64,000 nucleotides of DNA from Octopus sinensis (lineage: Eukaryota). The notes beneath the pieces are model-generated. The model saw only the letters and a list, made by a program, of their open reading frames with translations. It had not been told where the DNA came from and made no database searches. Made by a program: the position numbers and the translations under genes. The stretch covers positions 15,190,001-15,254,000 of the forward strand of contig NC_043025.1 in the NCBI RefSeq assembly GCF_006345805.1. Direction: 5' to 3'. This document shows positions 41,801-54,885 of this stretch, piece by piece. The number at the start of each line of letters is the position of its first letter. Position 1 is the stretch's first letter.

Positions 41801-44800
41801 CGATCTCCACCATTCACTATCATTTCTTCCCCTGACTTACAGCGATGTCCATAAGCAAGCTAAGATTTCTCCCTTCTTTTTCATACATACATACATTTGT
41901 CTACCGTTTAAATGTTTTGAACTTATAACCACCAATCTGCTTTGCTTTCCTTTTCTTTCTACATGCCACCCTAAAAACATTGCCATTCCCGCCCGTTTCT
42001 CTAAAGTTCAACCTTCGCATATTCCCTTTAATTCGATCTCCACCATTCACTATCATTTCTTCCCCTGACTTACAGCGATGTCCATAAGCAAGCTAAGATT
42101 TCTCCCTTCTTTTTCATACATACATACATTTGTCTACCGTTTAAATGTTTTGAACTTATAACCACCAATCTGCTTTGCTTTCCTTTTCTTTCTACATGCC
42201 ACCCTAAAAACATTGCCATTCCCGCCCGTTTCTCTAAAGTTCAACCTTCGCATATTCCCTTTAATTCGATCTCCACCATTCACTATCATTTCTTCCCCTG
42301 ACTTACAGCGATTGTCCATAAGCAAGCTAAGATTTCTCCCTTCTTTTTCATACATACATACATTTGTCTACCGTTTAAATGTTTTGAACTTATAACCACC
42401 AATCTGCTTTGCTTCCTTTTCTTTCTACATGCCACCCTAAAAACATTGCCATTCCCGCCCGTTTCTCTAAAGTTCAACCTTCGCATATTCCCTTTAATTC
42501 GATCTCCACCATTCACTATCATTTCTTCCCTGACTTACAGCGATGTCCATAAGCAAGCTAAGATTTCTCCCTTCTTTTTCATACATACATACATTTGTCT
42601 ACCGTTTAAATGTTTTGAACTTATAACCACCAATCTGCTTTGCTTTCCTTTTCTTCTACATGTCACCCTAAAAACATCGCCATTCCCGCCCGTTTCTCTA
42701 AAGTTCAACCTTCGCATATTCCCTTTAATTCGATCTCCACCATTCACTATCATTTCTTCCCCTGACTTACAGCGATGTCCATAAGCAAGCTAAGATTTCT
42801 CCCTTCTTTTTCATACATACATACATTTGTCTACCGTTTAAATGTTTTGAACTTATAACCACCAATCTGCTTTGCTTCCTTTTCTTTCTACATGCCACCC
42901 TAAAAACATCGCCATTCTCGCCCGTTCTCTAAAGTTCAACCTTCGCATATTCCCTTTAATTCGATCTCCACCATTCACTATCATTTCTTCCCTGACTTAC
43001 AGCGATGTCCATAAGCAAGCTAAGATTTCTCCCTTCTTTTTCATACATACATACATTTGTCTACCGTTTAAATGTTTTGAACTTATAACCACCAATCTGC
43101 TTTGCTTTCCTTTTCTTTCTACATGCCACCCTAAAAACATCGCCATTCCCGCCCGTTTCTCTAAAGTTCAACCTTCACATATTCCCGGTGCACCCGCCCT
43201 TGCCCACCCCCACCACCAATACCGGATATCTCTATATTTTTGTTCCATCTATACCGGATGTCGCTTCTCCCACCACCATTATAGGTGTTCTACTCTTCGA
43301 ACCCCCCTCTTCAACACGCTATTTCACCATGCATTACCCCTCTCTTGATATCCTACGTTCTACTTGCCTAGAACCTGTCATCATTTCTCTGAACCACCCC
43401 TCCCCACTGGTGCTCCCCTATATATTCTGCACCCCCCCCACATAAAAAGCACCATCCGAACGTGGCCGATGCCAGACCCCTCTGGCACCTGTGCAGGTGG
43501 CACGTAAAAAACACCCACTACACTCGCGGAGTGGTTGGCGTTAGGAAGGGCATCCAGCTGTAGAAACACTGCCAGACTAGACTGGAGCCTGGGGCAGTCC
43601 CGAGCTCCCCAGACCCCGGTCGAAACCGTCCAACCCGTGCTAGCGCGGAAAACGGACGTTAAACGATGATGATGATGATGATGATTCCATTGACGGAAGC
43701 CTTCCAGGAACTCTGCTTTCGGCACAGCGAGCCGCTGCCTTATTTCATTCTCTTGAAATTTTGTTGGGTTTTTCCACTGGGAAGACTGAGCCTTAGTTTA
43801 AGGATTGTAGCCATAAACCCATCATTTGTCACCGTCATGACCGTTTTCAAAAAGTTTCCCTTTTCCTCAACATAACTCAGACCCAATTTTTCAAATTTCA
43901 TTTGATTTTTGCCTTGGTCTTGGGGTCATACCACAGACCCACGATTCATGATCTGTCAACTGTTTTCAAAAAGTTTCCCTTTTCCTCAACACAAGGGATC
44001 CAGCACAGCTGAGACCTAATCTTCCTTTTGAAGTGACCACACCCTACACACTTTCCTTCCAAGCATTGCTATAAACAACGGAAGTGAGTGAGAATGTTAT
44101 AACTCAATGAGCATGCAGTCAATCTGTGCCAAGTGGCTTCCCTCTACATACTTTAGCTCTGTTACCATAGAAACAGTCCCAATAATTTTTGATCAGATCT
44201 TGGAAACATTAGTCTCTCTTGTATTCTACAGAATCCTAGAATTCCTGGAAGCTTGACCATGACAGACGAACAATTCAATAAAATTTTTGGAGCTGATGTA
44301 AATAACTAGTAAGTGTAAACAACAAATTTGTAATTAGTAACTTCTTGGCTTAACCTTTGTTAACGAGGGTGAGTCAACCCTTGTACTTACATGGCTGAGT
44401 CAGAAGGTAGTGCAATTAAAAATTACATTACTTTCTAAATCACCATGTGTGTATATATGTGTGTGTGTGTGTGTGTGTGTGATGGGTCATCCCATAAATA
44501 ACACTTTTTTTTTTTTTATACATCTCTTATTTTTCAAAATTCAGATAAAGTTCTTTTTTAATCTAAAATATACTCTCCTTCATTTTCTGCAATGCTCTTC
44601 CATTTATCTGGTAGACTTGCAAGGCCCCTCTTCCAAAATTCACTAGTCCTTGATGAAAAATACTCTGCTAGTTCTGTCCTGACTTCGTCTACAGAATTCA
44701 TATTTTTTCCCACCAAATGATTTTGGAGACTGCAGAATAAATGACAGTTAGATGGTGCAATGTCCGGCAAATATGGTGGGTGGGGCATCGTTTCCCATTC

Positions 44801-47800
44801 AAACTGCCCCTGCCTAAGGAATGTCATCCTTGCCATGTGTGGTCAAGCATTAGCCTAACGGAAGAACGCCTCTCATCTTGAAACCAAAGACGGTCATTTT
44901 CCTTCTAGCGCAGGTGTTGATGAATGGTTGAATGGTCAAATCCAAGCATCTCTCTTAGTTCCTCAACAGTTATGATGGAATTTTGTTCAACCAGGGTTTG
45001 CAGGATGTCCTTGTTGAGCTCTACAGATCTTTCAGGACGAGGCTCATCTTGGAAGCCTGTAGTTTCCGGTTCAGAATATACAGCATTAATATTCCTTGTA
45101 CCGCCCATTGCGTTGTTGCCTTTATTGAACTCATTAAGCAAAATATGCCGAATATGCTCCTTTGTCACTTCCATTATAGCTTTGAAAAAACAACTACTAA
45201 AATTGAACTGCACTCTTCAAAACTTGCACTAAGAATAAATACAAGTTAAAATTACTACCTGCTTTTATAGCAAGTTGATGCAGGTAGTTTATCTCAACTC
45301 TCTCCGACTTTTAGTTCATGCAATGGAAAATACAGCATTGTATATGGGATGACCATATATATATATATATATATATAGACAGACAGACAGATTAGTAGTT
45401 AGTTATAGAATTCATTAGAATCTGGGTACTTCAACACATAGAACACCAGAAATGGCTAGGTACAATAACATAGGATTCACATTGTGGGTTGAGGAAAGAA
45501 AACCCTAAAAGAGATTGAAATGCAATAGATCAATTCTAGGGTCATAATTATGGGTGACAATTTCATATGACACCGCTAGAAAAAAACTGCCGTTCAAACT
45601 GAAAAGATCCTAATTTGTTTGGTGAGTGCATGTTTATAAAACTTTCTCAAGAATAGGGGTATCAGGGACTTGGAAGTTGGGACTATCTAGCCTTCATCAA
45701 ATATATATATATATATCTTGGCATAGCCTGCTTGAAGGCACATGATCCAGTGGTTAGGCAGCTGCACTCACAACTGCAAGATTGTGGTTTCAATCTCTAG
45801 ATCTGGTGAGATGCACTGTGTTCTAGAGCAAAACACTTTCTTTCCTGTTGACCCAGTCCACTCAGCTGTAAACGAATTCCACCCCAATGACAGACTGGCA
45901 TCCAATTCTGGCAGGTAATGTTGTAATTTTGGTCATTTATACACTTGGAAACTTGGTGACCAGCCCAATGAGTCCCAGAACTTGAGACAATGATGTCCAA
46001 GAGTTGATGAGGAGGAGGATGAGGTCAGTTTGTGTTAGAGAAGCATTGTGCTCCTGGAAACCTTTCCGAAATGCAGGGTTCTGGGGTAAGAAACATATTT
46101 TCCTACTTTCACTCTCCATTTAAAGTGGAAGTCAATGCAGATGTTTTGCAATATGGAACTTCATATCGGCGAAGGTTCTCTTGGTCACAATGTGATTGTG
46201 ACATGGGCAATGGTTGTGTGTGGGACCAGTCATCACAAGAAAACAGTTTCAGGCCTGTCAGCCCCAGGCTCGAAGAATGGTAACTGGTGTTTTACGGGTA
46301 TTTATCACTGTTATCTGATGCCACACAAGTGACTCTTTATGGAGACTTCACACCCTGTTTGCCATTCCATCCACCGAGAATCCTAAGACAATAGAAGGGT
46401 AATGACGTGCAGACATTTACCAGTTGGAAGCACACAGTTACGAACCTTCAAATTGGTGGCAGGAATCTTAGCTTAACACCATTGTTGTGTCTTCTAGAGA
46501 CAGGGACCAACTCTGGTAGAGATTCTTGCCACTTTGCAGACTTTTAGGGACAGCATTTCTCACCTAAATTTCTGGGAAGGTGCTAGATAAGTTAGAGTAA
46601 ACATCACTTAGTCTCACTGTCATCACTGACCACTTTGGCTACCACCATCAGCTATTACTATCAGCCCATTACAAACACAGAAAGGCTGAATGGTGTGTGT
46701 ATGGCAGATATGGTAGCGATGGTGGTGGCGGTGGTGGTGGTGGTGGTGGTGGTGGTGGTGGTACTGTTGTGTATCCTGAAGCTTTGCGAATGAGGTCCAA
46801 ATTATATCATTATTCTGATGAAAATTGTTCATTGCTTGAAAAATATTGGTCGAGTTTAAGCTAGTATATATATGTGTGTGTGTGTGTACATGTCTGTGTA
46901 TACGTGTGTGTGTATATACACATGTGTGTGTGTATATACAGATGTGTGTGTATATACAGATGTGTGTGTATATACAGATGTGTGTGTATATACAGATGTG
47001 TGTGTGTATACATATGTGTGTGTGTATACATATGTGTGTGTGTGAGTGTATACATATATATATATATATATGAATGTGTGTGTCTATGTATGTATATATA
47101 ATATTAAATTGTTAATGCATATATATGTGTGTGTATATGCACACACACACGTGTATGCATTTGTGTAGATATGCATGCATGCACATGTATATACGAGTGT
47201 ATGTATGTATGTGTTTGTGTGTGAAATGTTGCTTTACCGAACATGAACTCCCATCAATTTGCCTCTTGTGACTCCTTTCTATTTTGTTGCAGTTTTGAAG
47301 TGTCATGTGACATGCTTGACTACCTGGATGAGATCCTTGTGTTGCAGGAAGCAGGTACGTAGGGGAAATGGCAGGGCACTCACTGATCCTTCTTTATTTT
47401 TTTTATCACACACACACACACACATATGTATATCAAAACATAAGATTTGAGGAATTTGGTACATTTTCCAAATATATTATTTACCAAGTTTCAGAGTCTT
47501 TTGTTTTTATATGTAACGAGCAGTATCACCCAGTGTTGATGGGTTTGTTTCGACCCTTTAGAATTGGAATTTTTGAAAAGTAAAAATTTTGCATTATGCA
47601 ACTTGTTATTCTCTTCAAGTGAACATTTTTCCAGTTGAAATACACCGGAAAATGGTAACACAGCAGTCAAAAGTCGTAAAAAAATAGGGATTTTCATAGA
47701 AAAAAAGTACCTTTTTGATGTAAATAATTTTTGGTGTTAACATGGTCCGATTTGAATTTTATCTTCTACAGAATGAAGAGCAAGCCTTCTTCTATCATAC

Positions 47801-50397
47801 TCTCAATTTTGGTCAACTTGTGCCGCAGGGTCTCAGAGGAGATAGTGTTAGTTGAAGACTACCAAACTTGCCACACACAGACAACTTCAGCTTTATATAT
47901 ATAGATTTGCTACACACTACTTTCCATCCTTAATAATGAAACTTGGTAGATCCAAAAGTTAAACACACAGACACACACACAGATACGCACACAGACACAC
48001 AAGTTGAGTTTTATATATATATATAGATTATTCTGCAATTAGAATTCACCAGAAATTTCTAATGCTTTGTATTTTGCTTTATTTAAAATAAAACATCTAA
48101 ATACATACATTTGATTAATGTGCTTCATAACGACCCAAATTGAATTATGACCCCCTTATATACACTATATATATATATATGTATGTATAGTCTTACAAGG
48201 TGATCGTGTCAGTGTAAGTGCCACTTAAAAAGCATCCAGTCCACACTGTAAAGTGGTTGGCATTTGGAAGGGCGTCCAGCTTTGAAAATCCTGCCAAAAC
48301 AGTTGCAAAAGTCTGGTGTAAGCTTCTCCCTGGCCAGCTTCTGTCAAACTGTCCCACCCATGCCAACATGGAAAGCGGATGTTAAATGATGATGAGATAC
48401 ATATAATATAATGACCATAAAAATATGCTGTATAAAACTGTAAAATAGGAGGAAATAAATTTTGAGGATGAACAAGTCTCTATAGTCTCCACCGTTTTTA
48501 TTTTGATGTTGATTCTATTGGATGTTAGTTCTATTTGAATGCTTTTGTATTTGATTGATGTCATTAACCAAGTTCGCTTAAACCCTGAGCTCCTTCTAGA
48601 TTCGAGGTCTGATAAAAAATTACCAGGATTGGTCCCATGATAAGAAAACTGCTAAACATCTCAATTTGGTGTTTAATCTCTTTCAAAGTAGCCCCTTTCT
48701 GAAGCCACATACTTTATCCAGCATCATTTCCATTGATGGAAGCATTCCTGGATTTCCTTTTTTGGGGATAGCAAGCAAGGTGCCTCATTGCGTTCTCTTC
48801 AGTTTTTCCATGACATCTTGAAATCTTGTTGTGGTCTTCCATTGCAGAGGCTGAGCCTTGGTTTCAGGGCTATAGCCATAAACCCATGATTTGTCACCTG
48901 TTATGACTGTTTTCAAACAATGTTTGTCCTCCTCAACACCATCAAGAAGATCCAGCCCAGCTGAAACCCGACTTTCTTTTCAAGATGACCCCACTCTGCT
49001 TCCGAGCACTTCTCTAAACAACGGCAGTGAGTGGGAACGTTGTCACTGAGTGTGTTACCAGGCACGAGTCCAAATACTTTTTGACCAGACCTCAGATTCG
49101 CCTGGATTTATTGATCCCTTTTACCGCTTATTTGATATATTTATGGATTTTCTGTGTGTGAACCATTCTAGCCATCCATTACAATTAACCATTGTAATTA
49201 GTTTTGGTCAAATATGTTGACCCCTGATGGTTTGCTATGCTTGAGCAGACATGACAATCTAAGTAAAATTGTGGTTGTCCTTGCATACAGGCGTGCCCCC
49301 TGCAACCTCTTTCAGCTGAGTGTCCCTAATCTTGCAGGCTTGTAAGGACTGATGCCATGTAAAAAGCACCCATACCAGTGTCACTTAAAGATACCCGGTG
49401 CACTTTGTAAAGTGGTTGGCAAAGGGCACCAAGCCATACAAACAGACATTCGGAAGCAGATAGGGAGCGAGGGCAGCTCTTCAGTTGGCCAACCCATGGA
49501 AAACTGATGTTAAATGATGTTGTAGTGTGGCCCTCTGGCCAGTCATAGGGTCATCGCAATGGTCAAACATGTTCTTATGGTGACTGTACAGTTATCTTCT
49601 TCAAATGTATCTATTTCTTTACTACCCACCAGGGGCTAAACATAGAGGGGACAAACAAGGACAGACAAATAGATTAAGTCGATTATATCGACCCCAGTGC
49701 GTAACTGGTACTTATTTAATCGACCCCAAAAGGATGAAAGTCAAAGTCGACCCTGGCAGAATTTGAACTCAGAACGTAATGGCAGAGGAAATTCGGCTAC
49801 GTATTTCGCCCAGCGTGCTAACGTTTCTGCCAGCTCGCCACCTTCAAATGTATCACAACTAAGGCCCTCATGAAACCTGTCTAGTTTTAGAAATATTTCA
49901 TGGTGTGACGTGAGGGAGGTTTAATGCCTATTTCTTGCAGGGGTTCTATGTAATAAAGACATTGCTTTCTATAATCTCTCTCTCTCTCTTTCTCTCTTCC
50001 CATCTGCAGTATTTGGCTCACTAGACATGTCTCGGTCAAACTCAATGACCAACTCAGGCCAGTGTCGACTCGCTCCACTCATACCCTGTATACTTGACTC
50101 ATGCCAGCTCTATGACTATTTGGTGAAGTCACTCTTCAAGCTTCACTCAAGTAAGTATGAGTAACAACTCCAGTTTCTTCATTGGAAAGATTTTGCTTTG
50201 ATTTTTACTCATGTATTAAATTGCGTATGTGTGTGTATATATACACACACACACACATATAGACATATATACATGCATACACACATACATACATGTATAT
50301 ACAATCATATATATACAGACACACACACACATATATATACATATAATGGCGGTGCCCCTAGCATGGCCACAGCTTGTGAGCTGAAACTAGATAAAAT

Positions 50398-50488
<91 letters not shown>

Positions 50489-53400
50489 CACACACACATA
50501 TATATGAAGTTTCAAATGGAAATAGGTTGCCCCTTCACAGGGATGTATTTTATCCAAGTGTACATATTAATTAATTAACTTGGATTTCATTAATTAGTGT
50601 TTGTATTAGTGTTAGCACTTATGAACTTCCCTTTGTCATTCGATTCGATATTAGGACATCAGAATCTTAATAACATAAAAGAAAAGGGAGAGTTTGAAGA
50701 CAGAAAGATTGATTTACTTATATAATAGTCAATTTCTTACCTTCATTCCTATTTTGCAGGTAACATTGCATTATGTATTTAAAAGGTAAAACCCTCCTCA
50801 GGGCAGAAATTGACCAAAATTCACTCCCGTCCTCAATGGATGGACAGCTGCTCACAGACTGAGCAAGCAGCATGCTTTTGTGTGTTTGTTTGTGTCTTTT
50901 AGATTCCTTTCTAAAAAATAACCTGAGGTTCACCTATGACCACAGTGGACAATGGCTAGTTGTAGTTCTGTGGAAGTAGGTCATACGACCCTTCTCCTTA
51001 GATTGGTTTTTATAAAGGCTGCTTACCATTCCTATATCTACTCACTTGTGAAAAGAATAAAAATAAAAGACAGATATTTATTTCACTTCAACTTATTCAG
51101 TTGTTAGAATTTCAATTTTTATTACCAATTTTAGCGGCTAACTGGCTTCCGTGCCAGTGGCACTTAAAGGGCGCCATTCGAGCGTGATCGTTACCAGCGT
51201 CGCCTTACTGGCACTTGTTCTCGTGCTAGTAGGGTGCCAAGAGCACCATCCGAGCATGATCGTTGCCAGAGCAGCCAACTGGCTTCCATACCTGTGGCAC
51301 GTAAAAGGGCACCTTTCGAGCGTGATCGTTACCAACGTCGCCTTACTGGCACCTGTGCCAGTGGTGTGTGTAAAAAGATTCGAGCGAGGTCGTTGCCAGT
51401 ACTGCCTGACTGGCCCCATGTCGGTGCCACGTAAAGGCACCCACTACACTCTCAGAGTGGTTGGCATTAGGAAGGGCATCCAGCTGTAGAAACACTGCCA
51501 AATCAAGATTGGAGTCTGGTGCAGCCATCTGGTTTGCCAGCCCTCAGTCAAAATCGTCCAACCCATGCTAGCATGGAAACGGACGTTAAACGATGATGAG
51601 GATGATGGTGATGATGATGATGAGGATGATATTAGTCTTATTTGTTGATAGTTTAGGTTATTATATATATTTTAGTTAAATTTATTTTTATATTTAATGG
51701 GGGTATGATTCATTATGTATCATGTGTGGAGCTAAACTATTTTCCAACAGTGTGGCTACATTTCATTTTAAGGTTACTTCTTATGTTTCATTGTATTTTT
51801 GTCATTCATGGAGTGTTTATATGCACACACACACACCACACACACACACACACATATATATACATACGTAGAGTAATCCTTTGACTATTGGGGGTGTTAC
51901 TTTCCAAAACCTCACACAGAAAATAATGAAAATCTAAAACAATATAAGTACCTATCAGCTCAGAAACCCGTGATATACTGGGGTGTCCGTGATATAAATT
52001 TACATATATTAGCCAGAAAAATTTGTAATGTACTGAGTGCGCAATAGGTGAACTACAATATGGCAAGGGATTACTGTGTGTGTGTGTATGTATGTATATA
52101 TAGATATATGTGTGTATATACACATGTGTATATGTATGTATATATAGATATATGTATGTATATAGATATGTGTATATGTATGCACATATGCATATATATA
52201 TATATATAAATATAAATATAGGGATGGTATTATTAAAATACCATCACAAGTGGTAAGTGAATTATTAGCCGCACAGGCAAATTAATAGAATATATACATA
52301 CAATATTAGATATGTACATATATACATAAGGGTACTACTACATGAGTACCTATATCGCCAATGATAGAAGTCGAAAAATACTTTTGTACCACCGAATAGT
52401 CACAAATCTATTACAGACAAGACAGGGAAAAAAATAAAATATATATATATATTTATATGTATGTATATATATATGTATTTCTCTTTCCTTGTGAATATAA
52501 CAAGTTATGTGTGTTCCTTTATTCGATATATTTAGAATTATTTGAGTGGTTGTATACTGTCAACTTAACGTAACAGTAAGGGAATTACACCACTGCTGTT
52601 TAGCCCTAGGAAGCATCGAATGCTTCCTGTCGGCCTCGACACATTTCCTGTGTCCTTATATATTTACGAAGGGGAGACAAATACCCCCAACAGCTAGGCC
52701 TGCATCTAGAGACATGCATGTTTCAGGGTCTTTACCCATCATCGGTCTAGAGTAGCAGAAGCCTGCTAGCTGAAGATATCTGTCTAGACTTCGTAAATAT
52801 ATATATATCTCTAATTTTCATTGAAGTTTATTCACTGATCTTGTTCTAGATCTTTGTTTCTTCACAGAATCCCCATCTAATTATCTTCATTTGGAACTAC
52901 CAGATGTATATATCCATTCCAATGTTGATTTAATTTTATATATGTATGTGTATGTGTACCTTTTATCCTTTACTTATTTCAGTCATTGGTCCCTGGCCAT
53001 TCTGGGGCATCGCTTGATGGTTCCAGTACTTTTCTTCTTTTTGAAATAGCCTGGCATTTATTCTATCAGTCACTTTTTGGTGAAATGTTAAGTTACAGGG
53101 GTGCAAACAGATCAATGCAAGCCTGAAATTGTGGGGTGGGTGCTCGTTGGCTACGTCAACCTTGGTGATCCTTGGGTATTTATCCAATCAACCCTGAAAG
53201 GAGGAAAGGTAAATTTGACCTTGGAGGAATTTGAACTCAGAATGCTCCTAAGCATTTTGTCTAGTGTGCCAATGATTCCATCCACTTGCCGCCTTAATAA
53301 TGATATTATAATAGTAATGAGTGGAAACTTTGCTAGTGTGTGTGTTAAGTAATAAGGGACTTTTCTCAGTGACAACAAAATATGCTTCAATACACGAACC

Positions 53401-54852
53401 CACATAAAGAATCTTGAAAACCAAATCCAGAAACGAAATAATATTCCTTTCTACTAAAGGCACAAGGCCTGAAATTTGTGGGGAGGGGTCTAGTTGATCA
53501 TATCGACCCCAGTGATTCACTAGTTCTTAATTTATCAACTCCGAAAGGATGAAAAATGAAGTTGACCTCAATGGAATTTGGACACACAATATACAGACGG
53601 ATGAAATGCCGTTAAGCATTTTTCCCAGCGTGCTAATGATTCTGTTGGTTTGCAGTCTTAATAATAATAATAATTGTTGCTACTATAGGCACAAGGCTTG
53701 AGATTTGTGGGGAGGTGACTAGTTGATCATATCAACCCCAGTAGTCAACTGGTACTTATTTTATGAAACCTGGAAGGATGAAAGGCAGTCAGAATTTGAA
53801 CTCGAAACATGAAGATAGATGAAATGCCGCTAAGCATTTTGTCCAGTTCGCTAACGATTCTACCATCTCACCACCTTAATTAAGATGATAATAATAATAA
53901 TATCGATGATGATGGTTTCTGATTGAGACACAAGGCCAGCAATTTTGAAGGTACAGAGTTAGTCATTACCATTGACTTCCGCTTTTATTTTATTGCCCCT
54001 GGGGAGATGAATGGCAGAAGTGATGTCTGTGAGATTTGAACTGAGAATGTAGATAAGAAATAGTTTGTGAAAGGCGAAGCCAACCTCAGTGGAATTTGAA
54101 CTCAGTGTAATGCTGCTTGGCACCTTGTCCGGCACGCTCACGTTTCTGCCAGCTCCCCACCTCGCTGCTACTGCTGCTGATGATGTTGAGGATTTATGGA
54201 AACTGTCATGATTCTCCATCAAAGTAAATACGCAATAAGAAAAGTCTGACTGTTTATTGAACCATATTTTGGAAGTGTGTCGGTCTTTCTTGAAGAAGAA
54301 AGACACACACACTTCTGATTATGTAATGGTGATCATTATCATCATCGCTTATTGTCCGCTTTCCATGCTGGCATACGTTGCAACTGGGGTCTGGGAAGCC
54401 AGAAGGCTGCACCAGGCCCAGTCTGATCTGGCAGTGTTTCTACGGCTGGATGCCCTTCCTAATGCCAACCACCCCGTGAGTGCAGTGGGTTCTTTTTACG
54501 TGCCAGACGGGGCTGGCAAACGGCCACGGTCGGATGGTGCTATTTACGTGCCACTGGCACGGAAGCCAGGCGAGGCTGGCAACGGCCACGATCAGATGGT
54601 GCTTTTTACGTGCCACCGGCACGGAAGCCAGTCGGGGCGGCACTGGCAATGGCCAAATAATAATAATAATAATATTGGTGTCAAATTTTGGCTCGAGGCC
54701 AGGGGATTTAGGGGAGAAGTAAGTTACATTGAGCCTGAAAGGATGAAAGGCGAAGTTTGACCTCAGTGGAATTTGAACTCAAAACATAAAGACAAACGAA
54801 ATGCTGTGAAGCATTTTGCCCAGCATGCTAACAATTCTGCCAGCTCTCCGCC

Positions 54853-54885
<33 letters not shown>

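Larger units (their letters stand above)
40120..44110 (-). mobile_element. Second-family mariner relic split into 40120-40245 and 43685-44110
   Basis: The two halves rejoin (..TTTATCCAGGATCA|TTCCATTGA..) to match the uninterrupted copy at 48.6-49.0 kb. Confidence 0.75.

Noticed and set aside
41050-43184. Tandem array as a CRISPR or coding repeat
   Set aside because: The units are contiguous with no unique spacers, there are no cas genes and the context is eukaryotic. The 233-bp period is not a multiple of 3 and the ORFs are short.
46032-46283. ORF containing PGNL as candidate exon 6
   Set aside because: The true exon 6 at 44232-44308 fits in sequence and phase. This region may be a decayed LINE relic on the minus strand, but I could not support that.
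52868-52905. Possible extra HIP1 exon (CACAG|...CCAGAT|GTATAT)
   Set aside because: It is 38 nt, so it would shift the frame; the donor is weak and there is no HIP1 similarity. Exons 8 and 9 already join correctly.
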